From the IMG/VR virus record IMGVR_UViG_3300036762_000065, positions 64,001 to 128,000 of that record: 64,000 nucleotides of DNA, one strand, 5' to 3'. Source of the DNA: a virus. Lineage: Duplodnaviria > Caudoviricetes. A model generated the notes under the pieces. It searched no databases. It had not been told where the DNA came from and saw nothing but the letters and a program-made list of their open reading frames with translations. This document shows, one piece after another, positions 10,260-20,530 of the stretch. The position numbers were made by a program, and so were the translations under genes. How positions within the stretch are numbered: position 1 is the stretch's first letter; every line of letters begins with the position of its first letter.

Positions 10260-12950
10260 ATGGATACACTAAAGTTCAATCCTATTACAGAAGTACCTAC
10301 GTCTGACATTGTTATTTCTGAAACTATTATTGTTTCTGGTCTACCTGGTCCGACAACTGTAACAGCTTTTGATGTTAATGTAGGCTTAGCTGACGGGGCT
10401 TCAAACACTTCCACAACTACTATAGCTGCCGCCACTTCAGATACAGTACCTTACACTATAACTGCAAACGGTAATGAAGTCGGGTATGAGGCATACAAAG
10501 CACTAGACGGAGACGAATCAACAACTTCTTGGTCTTGGTTAGGTGCTGCAGGTGATGTAAATGCATCGGCATATCTGCATATTGATTTAGGTAGACCTAG
10601 ACTTATAAATAAATACAGACTAAAAGGTGCAGGTTCTCCTGAAATATCAGGTCCGCAAAACTGGACTCTGTACGGTAGTAATAACAACAGTACGTGGGTA
10701 GAATTGCATGTCCGTGCTAATGGCAGTCCTTTGGCAAATACGTTTACACCTTATTTTACTTATGCGACTCCTATAGTTGGCTATCAATTTTTAAAACTAG
10801 AGATAACCAAACATGGTACTGCGGGCGTTACTATACATGAATTGCAGCTTATTGAGGACACTGCTGCGATACTTGCTGCTGCCGGGGAAGGCATTATCAT
10901 AGGACCTTATGGAATTCATAACACTTCCGTTACTCCTATAGCTCCAGCAACTTCAAATACAGTTCCTTATACTATAACAGGCGATGAGATAAATGCTCTA
11001 AATCCTAAGTGGAAAGTGTTTGACGGCAATAGTGGACAGGATATGTGGGCAGCATATCCGGCTGATCCTGTTTTGAGAGAGCCTATAGATTTAACTATTG
11101 ATTTAATAACTCCTCGTGTTATTAATAAATACAGGGTTAGAGGATATCCCGTACTTCAACCTGCCTACCCAGTATACGAGTGGTCTCTATTCGGCAGTGT
11201 CGATGGCATTACGTGGATACAGGTTCACACTCATAGAAAAGAGTCTTATTATTACCATGAGTGGAGCCCTTATTTTACTTTTGCTGCACCGGAAGCAGGC
11301 TTTAGATATTTTAAAATATCATGCTTGGACTACGGTATTGAAGGAGCTTCTTTCAACGAGATAGAATTGATTGAACATACTTCTTTCACTGCGGAAGATT
11401 ACAGCCCTCAAATTCTTATTGTAAATGGATTAGAGGCCGGGGCAAACGCTGTTGTAAATAACGGGGATACGTTGGCAATAAGAACAACCGCGTCCTCTAT
11501 TCCTCATACCTCTGTATTTACAGCGATTGATTTTTTAAACTATAAGAAAACTATTCTTGCTGTACAAACAGATAGTGTCGATCAATTAGGTACGGATCCT
11601 GCATTACTATACAGCTTACCGTTTGAATTCACTTATGCTAATGTAGCGCCAGCTAATCAACTACTTGTAATAGACAATCCGTTAACTCAAAACAACGTAG
11701 GATCGGCGTTCTCGATAGTAGATAATTATAGTCCTGGCGGAGGCACATTTAATAACAGTCAACCTTACGTGTTTGTAGCTGATTACTTCGGCAATAAAAT
11801 ACACAGGATTGACGTTGTTACAAACCTTGTTGTACAGACTATAAACGTAACTTCTCCTTACGCGATTAGCAGTACACCAATTTCCGCACCAACAGCTACA
11901 GAAATTACACACACTGTTGTTGCTTGTCCTGATACGAATAGAGTTAACATTTACACAGGTGAAACCCATGTACTTATGCACTCAGTTGTTGTTGGGAATA
12001 AACCTGTCGCAGTATTAGGAGCTCCTACAACAACCGTAGGAGATTTTAGTTTCTATGTTGCCTGTTTCGATGACGATACTGTTGAGTTTTGGACAAGTGT
12101 ACAAGGAGCTATGCCTACAAAGACAAAGACCTACACATTTGCAGTTAATTCAGGACCTGCGTTCTTAACATTGACAGATACTCTTGTTTGGGTATCATTA
12201 GTGAAAAGCAGTGAGGTATGTAGTTGTGTGGTTGCATCCGCTACTGTAAATACACCTATAGCCATGGCTGCTGTGCCTTGGAGCATAGTGTGTAGTGAAA
12301 CTCACAGTTACGTTGCGCTGCCTTCTGCAAGTAAAGTAGCGGCTATCCAAATAGATAATAGTGCTGTTGTAAATATTAATGTAGCGGATGAACCTTCATT
12401 CTTATTGCTATTAGATGCGTCTTTGTTTGTATTGGCTTTCAGTAGCGGTGAAATCAATAGGTATGATATAACTACACCTACAACACTAACGTATAGTGCT
12501 ACTTGGACAGGTCGAAGATTAGGAATGTCGTTTACTGCAAACAGTGATAACACCAAACTGTACGTAGCAAATCTATATGAAGATAGTCCTAACAGATGGA
12601 TAACATTCGACAAAGACCCTGATAATTTTGATTTAACTGACCTTACGAATCAAATTGCAGACACGGAAGTTATTTCAAACACTGTTGTTATAAGTGGTAT
12701 AACCGATACAGCACCTATGGCAATACCTGATATATTCGGACTACGGATAATTAAGAACGGTCTTGGTGTAGGTACAGAAACAACAATAGTTAACGGTGAT
12801 ACTATACGTATAGCTGTTACTACTCCACTAGCTAACGGACCTATAAGTGTTCCAATTATGTTTGATACATTTTGGGAAATCTGGGAAGTTGGTATAGACG
12901 GAGCTTTGTTGTCGAGAACTAGAGTTAGCGGCTATTTAGGCGGTGGTTAA
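10260..12950 (+). CDS. tail fibre/receptor-binding protein with two F5/8-C (discoidin) domains and a YVTN-like beta-propeller
   Basis: Two copies of K..DG...W...L.IDL..PR.INKYR...W.L.GS.....W; downstream YV.D/A...V..I propeller-like blades. Confidence 0.75.
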   Translation: MDTLKFNPITEVPTSDIVISETIIVSGLPGPTTVTAFDVNVGLADGASNTSTTTIAAATSDTVPYTITANGNEVGYEAYKALDGDESTTSWSWLGAAGDVNASAYLHIDLGRPRLINKYRLKGAGSPEISGPQNWTLYGSNNNSTWVELHVRANGSPLANTFTPYFTYATPIVGYQFLKLEITKHGTAGVTIHELQLIEDTAAILAAAGEGIIIGPYGIHNTSVTPIAPATSNTVPYTITGDEINALNPKWKVFDGNSGQDMWAAYPADPVLREPIDLTIDLITPRVINKYRVRGYPVLQPAYPVYEWSLFGSVDGITWIQVHTHRKESYYYHEWSPYFTFAAPEAGFRYFKISCLDYGIEGASFNEIELIEHTSFTAEDYSPQILIVNGLEAGANAVVNNGDTLAIRTTASSIPHTSVFTAIDFLNYKKTILAVQTDSVDQLGTDPALLYSLPFEFTYANVAPANQLLVIDNPLTQNNVGSAFSIVDNYSPGGGTFNNSQPYVFVADYFGNKIHRIDVVTNLVVQTINVTSPYAISSTPISAPTATEITHTVVACPDTNRVNIYTGETHVLMHSVVVGNKPVAVLGAPTTTVGDFSFYVACFDDDTVEFWTSVQGAMPTKTKTYTFAVNSGPAFLTLTDTLVWVSLVKSSEVCSCVVASATVNTPIAMAAVPWSIVCSETHSYVALPSASKVAAIQIDNSAVVNINVADEPSFLLLLDASLFVLAFSSGEINRYDITTPTTLTYSATWTGRRLGMSFTANSDNTKLYVANLYEDSPNRWITFDKDPDNFDLTDLTNQIADTEVISNTVVISGITDTAPMAIPDIFGLRIIKNGLGVGTETTIVNGDTIRIAVTTPLANGPISVPIMFDTFWEIWEVGIDGALLSRTRVSGYLGGG

Positions 12951-12976
12951 ATAATTGATTTCATTTGGAGTTTTAC

Positions 12977-14395
12977 ATGTCCAATAAATTTATAGTAGAA
13001 GCTGCTGTAGAGTTCGATCCTGCTGATTATATTTGGCGCAGATACAAAGGAACTCGGCGTAAGACCTACAAGAAAAAACACCACATACACGACGTTGTGT
13101 TAGAGGATGGTGATATTTACGGAATAAGGCAGACTAGAAGTAGAACTCCTAGTTATCAAATGCGATTATTGAAAGAGCAAAACATACCTTACAGGAATTT
13201 CACTCAAAAAGAAATTGAAGCACTAGATAAAGTCAGTAGGGCGTATACCGGCAAGATTATTGTTGAAGGTGTACAAGAAGGCAGACAAAGAAGAAACCGT
13301 AAATTAACACCTGAGTCTATTACAGAACCTAACCGACTCAAAGATGTTATGTTTACTCCTAGAAAGGTGCCAAAAGAGACACTTGTAGTAGACAAGTCTT
13401 ACTACCAATGGCGTAAGATGTCGTCTGGAAGTACCCCTATCAAAATAACAGCAAAGAAGAGCGGTAAAGTAATATGTGTTATCAGTGCAGGTGATATAGT
13501 CGGGTTACGTTTTGTCAAACCTTCCTTTGGCGGCTATATAATACTACCGGACGGGCAGAGAAGGCAGATTCATTCTGATACGTATGCTGCGATTATAGAA
13601 GCAGCTAAGATCCTTCCTACAAGATACCAAAGAACTGGTTTAATTGATGTTAAAGAAGTCAAACAGGTTGTCAAGAAAGAAGACAAGGTTAAGCCTGTTA
13701 AGATAAATATTGTTACCAAACCTGTTTTGAAAGTGCCTGTAGAAGAAGCACCTATAAAACGTAAGTACGATATAGATGAGGATGAGATTGACATACTCGA
13801 ACAGGTTAAAAAGACACACCGTGCTGTTCGTAGTGTACGTAGACAAATTGCCAAAGAAGCTCCTGAAATTTTCGATGCACCTGATGAGTTTGAAGAAGAA
13901 GATGAGGATTCGGTTGCACCGGTAGCAGAGGACAATGAGTTTGACGACAACTGGTTAGACGGTGACGACGATGATGATTTTGAAGAAGAAGAGCCTTCTA
14001 CTGATGAACCTGATGACGATGAACCTGACAGTGAAGAAGGTGCTCCAGGTGAAGATGAGCCTGAGGATGACGATGATTTAGAGGCATTAGTTGATTCTAT
14101 AGCACAAGGTGATGTTGTTAGATTTAAACAAGCTCCTGCCAAAGAGTTTATTTTCTTGCATGAAGAACCGTTAGAACGTAATCCAAATATTGTTGAATTA
14201 TTTTTCCACGAGCGTACAAAGAACGATGATGATACTATGTACAGAGTTCGTGTAAACACAAAATACACTATGAGAGATTTCAAACAAGACGGCGCGGAAA
14301 TAATAGAAACAATTGACGATGATGAGGAGCTGAAGGAATTGCAAAATGCAGTTGACTTGGCTGATATTAAACCAATGTCTTTCTTTAAAGGGTAA
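12977..14395 (+). CDS. phage protein with a basic N-terminal half and a long Asp/Glu-rich tract
   Basis: ATG 12977 after GGAG; long ORF in the structural region. Confidence 0.65.
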   Translation: MSNKFIVEAAVEFDPADYIWRRYKGTRRKTYKKKHHIHDVVLEDGDIYGIRQTRSRTPSYQMRLLKEQNIPYRNFTQKEIEALDKVSRAYTGKIIVEGVQEGRQRRNRKLTPESITEPNRLKDVMFTPRKVPKETLVVDKSYYQWRKMSSGSTPIKITAKKSGKVICVISAGDIVGLRFVKPSFGGYIILPDGQRRQIHSDTYAAIIEAAKILPTRYQRTGLIDVKEVKQVVKKEDKVKPVKINIVTKPVLKVPVEEAPIKRKYDIDEDEIDILEQVKKTHRAVRSVRRQIAKEAPEIFDAPDEFEEEDEDSVAPVAEDNEFDDNWLDGDDDDDFEEEEPSTDEPDDDEPDSEEGAPGEDEPEDDDDLEALVDSIAQGDVVRFKQAPAKEFIFLHEEPLERNPNIVELFFHERTKNDDDTMYRVRVNTKYTMRDFKQDGAEIIETIDDDEELKELQNAVDLADIKPMSFFKG

Positions 14396-14458
14396 TATTA
14401 TCATGGACATCATTTAAGTTACTGTAAATACGTATAAACACAACATCGGTCCAATAAA

Positions 14459-16450
14459 ATGTCTAAACCTACACTACCAACAAACGTTTCTTTACGTAAA
14501 CTTAAACTTAATGACTCCAACGAGATTAACGACTACCTTGAAACTTTAAATCGTATACAGGTAATAGGGTTAGCAGAATACCTCGACTATAACTACCACA
14601 CTCTTAATAAGAGTCTTGTAAGTGATGAAGCATATGATATAGTACGCGATCATATTACTGCTAAATGGCCTAAGTCCCTCTATCTAAAGAGGGTAGGACA
14701 CGCTGTTGTAAAGCGTAAAGGAGTTGTTGAAGTACAGTTACCTGTTCCTATGCCTAGTATGGACAAGATAAAATCTGGCAACGGAAGCGTTGCCAAGTTT
14801 ACTAACAATGCTAGAGGCACGTATGTAGTAAGTGACAAACTAGACGGTATAAGTTTAGAGCTTATGTACACAAACGGGGTGTTGACAAATGCGTATACTA
14901 GAGGTAACGGCATCAAAGGTCAGGACGTTAGCGGAGTTATAGCTGCGTTAGACTGCCCTAAGAAAATAGCTATTCGTAGTACGTTTATTGTACGCTTGGA
15001 GTTTCTTGTGCCGACAAAACACTTCAATGAGAACTACAGTAAGCACGAAGGTAAAGGAGACTTCGCTACAGGCAGAAACATGGGAGGAGGTCTACTATTA
15101 CGTAATGAACCTAGCGCAAGAGTAAAATCTTTCCACTGCGTAGCTTATGGTATAGTAGGAGGTAAAGGCTCTAGTGATCCTATATCTAAGCAATTAGCTA
15201 CATTAAAGCAGTTGAAGTTTCGTGTAGTCGCGTTTAAGAGAATAAGCGGTATATTGGACGATGCTAGGCTCACTAAGATTCACGACCTACGAAAGAAAAA
15301 GTCTATATACGATATAGATGGTATAATCGTTGCCAAGGACATAGCCGCTGCTCCTACTAGATCGAATCCTAAACACGCTAAAGCATTCAAAATAAACAGT
15401 ATAGCCAATTCTAAAGTTGTTTCTATTACTAAAATCGAATGGCGTAAAAGTAGGCACGGTAAATGGATTCCTCGCATACACATTGACCCTATAATTCTCG
15501 GAGGTGTTGAAGTACAGCACTTAACAGGACATAATGCTTACTATATAACTCACGGATTTAAGTATCAAGACAGAGCTAAAGGATTACCAGTTCGTCCTAT
15601 GAATGTAGGTACACAGATTCGCGTTATACGATCTGGTGATGTTATTCCTTATATTATGGAAGTAGTCAAACCTTCTCGAACAGCATCCGTTCCAAGTTCT
15701 CCTTATACACAAGACCCAAATGGCGTACACTATCTGACAGGTAACTTAGAAAACGATGAAGACGTAGTGTTAAAGAACATCATTCACTTCTTTAATGCTA
15801 TGGAAATAGAAGGAGTTAAAACAGGGGTTGTCAGTAAGTTAAGGGCCGCAGGATACCGCACTATAAAGAGTATTATAAACGCTAGTGCTTCTGACTTCAT
15901 GGAGATTGAAGGCTTCCAACAACGTAGTGCAGTAAACCTTGAGAAGAGTATACAAAAAGGACTTAAAGAAGCAAACTTTGTACGTACAGCAAGTGCTAGT
16001 TGTGTCTTCGGAGATAAGATAGGAACTAGAAAGTTACAAGAGCTTATAGATCACTACCCTAACATAATGGACATGGCGAAACTGCCTAAAGAAGAGTTAG
16101 CTACAAGAATAAGGGAAGTCCGTATGTTTGCCAACCTGTCTGATAAAATAGCAGAAGGACTTCCGAAGCTTGTTAAGTTTGTTGCTGCGCACGGTATAGT
16201 TATAAAGAGAGATAAAGGACCAGAATCTACTAAATTAGCCTCTCTGAGTGTGTTGTTCACTTCTGTACGAGATGCTGATCTTGCAAAACATATAAAAAAC
16301 AATGGAGGAAAATTAGCAGGTACAGTAAAACAAGCTAATTTACTCATAACAAAAGAAGGAGCTTCTAACAATAAAACCGAACAAGCTGCTGAATTAGGAA
16401 TACCTGTAATGACCGTAGACCAGTTTAAACGTAAGTATAAAATAAGGTAA
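14459..16450 (+). CDS. ligA: NAD-dependent DNA ligase
   Basis: SDEAYD (domain Ia), KLDG adenylation motif, TRGNG..G.DV, DIDGIIV, AFK, OB fold (IRSGDVIP), HhH repeats and a C-terminal BRCT-like domain. Confidence 0.93.
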   Translation: MSKPTLPTNVSLRKLKLNDSNEINDYLETLNRIQVIGLAEYLDYNYHTLNKSLVSDEAYDIVRDHITAKWPKSLYLKRVGHAVVKRKGVVEVQLPVPMPSMDKIKSGNGSVAKFTNNARGTYVVSDKLDGISLELMYTNGVLTNAYTRGNGIKGQDVSGVIAALDCPKKIAIRSTFIVRLEFLVPTKHFNENYSKHEGKGDFATGRNMGGGLLLRNEPSARVKSFHCVAYGIVGGKGSSDPISKQLATLKQLKFRVVAFKRISGILDDARLTKIHDLRKKKSIYDIDGIIVAKDIAAAPTRSNPKHAKAFKINSIANSKVVSITKIEWRKSRHGKWIPRIHIDPIILGGVEVQHLTGHNAYYITHGFKYQDRAKGLPVRPMNVGTQIRVIRSGDVIPYIMEVVKPSRTASVPSSPYTQDPNGVHYLTGNLENDEDVVLKNIIHFFNAMEIEGVKTGVVSKLRAAGYRTIKSIINASASDFMEIEGFQQRSAVNLEKSIQKGLKEANFVRTASASCVFGDKIGTRKLQELIDHYPNIMDMAKLPKEELATRIREVRMFANLSDKIAEGLPKLVKFVAAHGIVIKRDKGPESTKLASLSVLFTSVRDADLAKHIKNNGGKLAGTVKQANLLITKEGASNNKTEQAAELGIPVMTVDQFKRKYKIR

Positions 16451-16454
16451 GACT

Positions 16455-17345
16455 ATGATACTGCAAAAAAATGTAACCGATATAAACAACGCTATTCGGA
16501 ATCTAACTAAGCTGCATATCCAAGAACGGTTGCAAGATACGTTGGACATACCACCGCTTTCTGAGACTGCAAAGCAGATTATCAGTTTACGCACAAGCCC
16601 AAGTGCTTCTGTAGAGAAGCTTAGTGCCATTGTTGAGATGGACCCGAGTTTAAGCGCACAAATAATAGGATGGGCTTCCAGTGCATACTATGCTGCTCCT
16701 GGAAAGATAAATTCTGTACACGATGCTATTGTTCGTGTTCTAGGTTACGACTTTGTATTGAACATTGCAAGCGGTATTGCTATAGGAGGTTCTTTACGTG
16801 TAGCAAACCAAAAAGAATATTGGTTGAAAGCTGTGTGGACAGCTACACTGGCCGATAAACTAGGTACTATTATTTGTCGTACGGACAAGGATTTCGATAA
16901 GAGTGTGTGTTATTTGGCGGGACTGTTGCACAACTTCGGATACCTTATTGTTTGTCATGTGTTTACAGCATACGCAAACTCCATTCAAGACAGAATGAGT
17001 CTAAGTGGAGAGGATAGGGAAACTATTGAGCAAGATATTCTTGGCGTAACAGGCAACCAACTAAGTAGTTCTTTATTGCACGAGTGGGGATTGCCTGAAG
17101 TAGTAACTTTAAGCATAGCTCACCAGAACGATCCGCTATATGTTAACGGGTATAGTACTATAAGCAGGTTATTGAATGTCAGTGTGCAAATACTGAAAGA
17201 ACGTGGACTATACGAAGGAGAGTCCTGTGATTACTCCGAACTACTGGAACAATTAAATATAGATAGAGAAAGTGTAGATAAGATAATGGAATCTCTGCTT
17301 GAAAAGGCCGAAGGTATTAATAAAATCGCAAACGATATGATATAG
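16455..17345 (+). CDS. HDOD domain protein
   Basis: IPPLS, DPSLSAQII..ASS.YY, I.SVHDAI.RVLG and YLAGLLHNFG motifs. Confidence 0.9.
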   Translation: MILQKNVTDINNAIRNLTKLHIQERLQDTLDIPPLSETAKQIISLRTSPSASVEKLSAIVEMDPSLSAQIIGWASSAYYAAPGKINSVHDAIVRVLGYDFVLNIASGIAIGGSLRVANQKEYWLKAVWTATLADKLGTIICRTDKDFDKSVCYLAGLLHNFGYLIVCHVFTAYANSIQDRMSLSGEDRETIEQDILGVTGNQLSSSLLHEWGLPEVVTLSIAHQNDPLYVNGYSTISRLLNVSVQILKERGLYEGESCDYSELLEQLNIDRESVDKIMESLLEKAEGINKIANDMI

Positions 17346-17356
17346 AGGAATTAAAA

Positions 17357-17569
17357 ATGAAAGTACCAGTAAGACCGAGAAACTCAATCGAAAGCACATC
17401 GAGCGCATTACAAGACCACTATCAGAAATTCTTTATGCAGAAGTTATCTAAGTACGGCGCAGACTCGCCTGCATCCTTAGACAAGGACAAGTTGTCCGAC
17501 TTGTTTGAGGAGATTAAAAAAGAATGGCCGGCAGAAAGAGCATCGTTTGAGAAAAACCAATCTGTATAA
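17357..17569 (+). CDS. small phage protein, possibly internal to the head
   Basis: GAGG RBS; short helical YQKFF..KL.KYG..SPA.L...F..I..EW domain preceded by IESTS. Confidence 0.6.
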   Translation: MKVPVRPRNSIESTSSALQDHYQKFFMQKLSKYGADSPASLDKDKLSDLFEEIKKEWPAERASFEKNQSV

Positions 17570-17584
17570 TTAGCGGAATAAATT

Positions 17585-18715
17585 ATGAGTAAGGTAGCAA
17601 TATACACAATTGCAAAAAACGAATCCAAACATGTTGATCGCTGGTATGAAAGTGCTAAAAGTGCTGACGGTATTTTTGTACTTGATACAGGAAGCACTGA
17701 TAATACTTTGGAGTGTTTGGCAAAACATAAGGATATAACTGTATTCACTGCTGAATTCACACAGTTTCGTTTTGATCTTGCTCGTAATTTTATTCTTAAT
17801 CAAATACCGGAAGACTATGACTGGTGTGTATTTTTAGACATGGATGAAGTGTTTGAAGAAAATTGGCGCGAGTTATTGGAAGAAGAGATTACAACAAATA
17901 CCACAGCTACCTGTTTCAACGTGTTTTTTGTTTATTCACGTACACCTGATGGGTCTCCTGACACAACTTATATGCGAACAATGGTACACAAGAACGCATT
18001 ATATGATTGGTACTATCCTGTACACGAACTTCTTAAGTGTAAAGGAAGATCGGTCGAAATAGATACAAGTATAAAGGCATTCCATTTACCAGATGTTTCT
18101 AAGGAACGTACTCAGTATTTACCGTTGTTGGAACTCTCTGTACAAGAGAATCCAAACTCTTCAAGGGCATGTCAATACCTCGCAAGAGAGTATATGTACG
18201 ATAAACAATACCAACGTGCCCTTATGTTTTTCCAGAAACATATTAATATTGAAGACTCTCCTGTATTACGAAGTGAGTCACTTAGGTACATGGCAGAGTG
18301 CAATGTTAGTTTAAATCAAAACAAACTTGCAGAATGTTGTTATTTACGTGCTATAGCAGAAGCTCCTAGCCATAGAGAACCTTGGGGAGATTGTGCTGAT
18401 TTTTACCACAGAGTCAAAGACTACGAGTCGTGTTTAGGAATGGTTAGTGGCATGTTACGCATACATGATATGCCACTAGATTCTGTTATACGTAAAGATG
18501 CATACTATAGTTCTTGGCCTTACCATATGGGTGCTGTGTGTTACCATAACTTAAAAGCCACAGAACTAGCGGTTGAGTATATTAAAGAAGCTCACAACTT
18601 AAGTCCTAATAACCCTTATGTGCTGTCTGACTATGTTACAATAACTAAGACTTTGCCTAGTAATATCAAAATTCAAGGTGTCCGACATGAAGAAAATACA
18701 GATACAGTTGCATGA
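17585..18715 (+). CDS. family 2 glycosyltransferase with C-terminal TPR repeats
   Basis: IAKNE, LDTGSTDNT, F..ARN, LDMDE (DxD), VHE motifs; TPR-like helical C-terminal half (YLAREY, AIAEAP.HRE). Confidence 0.9.
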   Translation: MSKVAIYTIAKNESKHVDRWYESAKSADGIFVLDTGSTDNTLECLAKHKDITVFTAEFTQFRFDLARNFILNQIPEDYDWCVFLDMDEVFEENWRELLEEEITTNTTATCFNVFFVYSRTPDGSPDTTYMRTMVHKNALYDWYYPVHELLKCKGRSVEIDTSIKAFHLPDVSKERTQYLPLLELSVQENPNSSRACQYLAREYMYDKQYQRALMFFQKHINIEDSPVLRSESLRYMAECNVSLNQNKLAECCYLRAIAEAPSHREPWGDCADFYHRVKDYESCLGMVSGMLRIHDMPLDSVIRKDAYYSSWPYHMGAVCYHNLKATELAVEYIKEAHNLSPNNPYVLSDYVTITKTLPSNIKIQGVRHEENTDTVA

Positions 18716-20162
18716 GAGTACATCAAAAGGCGCACCTAGTTCCCGATATAAGCCGGCTAAGTATAAACCTACAGACGGCTCAAAAAACCTAGAACGTAAG
18801 CTGGGAGAGAAAGAATTTTTAAAGCTCGCACAGGCGCAGAAGCTTAGGTATTTAAAAGCTTTCCCTAATTCTAGTCACCGCTTTTTGATGAAAGATGCTC
18901 CTGAAAAGAACAAGCACTTTGCAATAAAGAAAAAGGCTTTCAATAAACCGAAGCAAGATATTGTTGTACATGACAATAAGTTACCTGCAACAATAAAGAT
19001 AAAGCAGCAAGAGCGAGATAGAGACCAAGCCGCTACTGAGGAACAAGAGTATAAAAAGGACTTCAAGAATTTCATTAACAGAGAGTCTGTAGGAGCTATC
19101 CAAAAATTAAATCCTAAAGATTTAATGGTTGCAGGTAACACAATACGAAATAACGTTCCTCAGATATCTACTGCGGTCTACGATGCGTTTGAAAATAAGA
19201 GCGGTATCTTTGAAGCAGGATTGAGTTCTGTGCAAAAGATATTCAACGGTGAAAAGATTGATCCTAAAGAACGCAAATCAGCTACTCAAGTTATGGCTAC
19301 AGTAGCCAAGTATGCAATGCTTGCTGCCGGTATTGCTATTCTTGCTACCGCTGCCGCTCCTGCTGCTTTCATTGTTGCTCGCATGATGCACGAAAGCTGG
19401 GGTTCTTTGGACGAAGCTAGTGGCGACAAAGCTATTAGAGACAAGAAGAGAGCGGACAAGAAAGCCGCTAAAGAAGAGATAAGACGTTTAGAGGAAGAAG
19501 CAAGAACGCCGGAAGAACGATATGAAGAAGAGAAAGCTAGAATAGCAAAACTTTTAAATAGCGGTAAATTGAGCCAAAGAGCTTTTGAAAAAGCTATGGA
19601 GAAAGTTGAAGACGATTTCGCCGCAGATAAAGAAGACTATGAAGACAACAAGCGAATGCGGGAGCGTGGAGAAATCCCTAAACGTAAACGTAAAAAGAAA
19701 GTTGAGGATTATGTAGAAGCCGCTACTTTATACGAAGCTATAGACGACCCTGTTTCCGTGACATTGAACAATTTAATTGTAGGTGTCGGAGATTTCATAA
19801 CACACATGGATTTAGATGAGTTGAAAGAAAGGGCTGGTGGCACATTTAAAGGCATGGCCTCAAACAACAGTTATATGTCTGCAATTGTACGTAATGTGTG
19901 TATACAGCATGATTGTTATTTGCCTATTCAAGATATAGGTATAGGACTGCACGGAACTTGTCACTCTAATGATATAAATAAATGGTTGTCTGATCTAAGG
20001 GATGTATTTAACGCACACGGCTATACATTTATAGAACCTGATGCTACAACTTGTACTATAAATAAAGGTAGTTTGTATAAATCGTATAGGTCGGAACTAA
20101 ACGAGACAGTTTCATTCACTTTCAATAGACAATCTCGACTGTTTGCCATAACCTATAACTAG
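18687..20162 (+). CDS. probable internal virion protein with a hydrophobic segment and charged coiled coil
   Basis: ATG 18687 after AAGGTG; leader MKKIQIQLHESTS; hydrophobic AMLAAGIAILATAAAPAAFIVA; K/E-rich helices. Confidence 0.6.
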   Translation: MKKIQIQLHESTSKGAPSSRYKPAKYKPTDGSKNLERKLGEKEFLKLAQAQKLRYLKAFPNSSHRFLMKDAPEKNKHFAIKKKAFNKPKQDIVVHDNKLPATIKIKQQERDRDQAATEEQEYKKDFKNFINRESVGAIQKLNPKDLMVAGNTIRNNVPQISTAVYDAFENKSGIFEAGLSSVQKIFNGEKIDPKERKSATQVMATVAKYAMLAAGIAILATAAAPAAFIVARMMHESWGSLDEASGDKAIRDKKRADKKAAKEEIRRLEEEARTPEERYEEEKARIAKLLNSGKLSQRAFEKAMEKVEDDFAADKEDYEDNKRMRERGEIPKRKRKKKVEDYVEAATLYEAIDDPVSVTLNNLIVGVGDFITHMDLDELKERAGGTFKGMASNNSYMSAIVRNVCIQHDCYLPIQDIGIGLHGTCHSNDINKWLSDLRDVFNAHGYTFIEPDATTCTINKGSLYKSYRSELNETVSFTFNRQSRLFAITYN

Positions 20163-20170
20163 GAGACTGT

Positions 20171-20530
20171 ATGCCAAGAATTTCATATCGTTGTTTACCT
20201 AACCAACGCCATAAACCTATCGCAGAACGAACGCACTGGGACGTAATGTACGGTAAAATTAAAATAGGTTCAATATCAACAGACGGCAAAGATATATCAG
20301 AAGACAGGTCACACTCTTTACGTATATGGAAAGCTAAACTTATCACCGGATTTAATGCATTCGAGTTTCCACATGCAGATAACGATGACATTAAGGACGA
20401 GCCTTACTTTGTCACGAACGATAACGAGTTTGATGAGCACAACCTGGAACTTTTAAACCCTTTGTATATGACTATGGCTGAAGCTAGAAAGTTTATTGTA
20501 GGGGTTTTTAAAGATAAAAACATGAAGTAG
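20171..20530 (+). CDS. hypothetical protein
   Basis: AGGAG RBS, 119-aa ORF. Confidence 0.6.
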   Translation: MPRISYRCLPNQRHKPIAERTHWDVMYGKIKIGSISTDGKDISEDRSHSLRIWKAKLITGFNAFEFPHADNDDIKDEPYFVTNDNEFDEHNLELLNPLYMTMAEARKFIVGVFKDKNMK

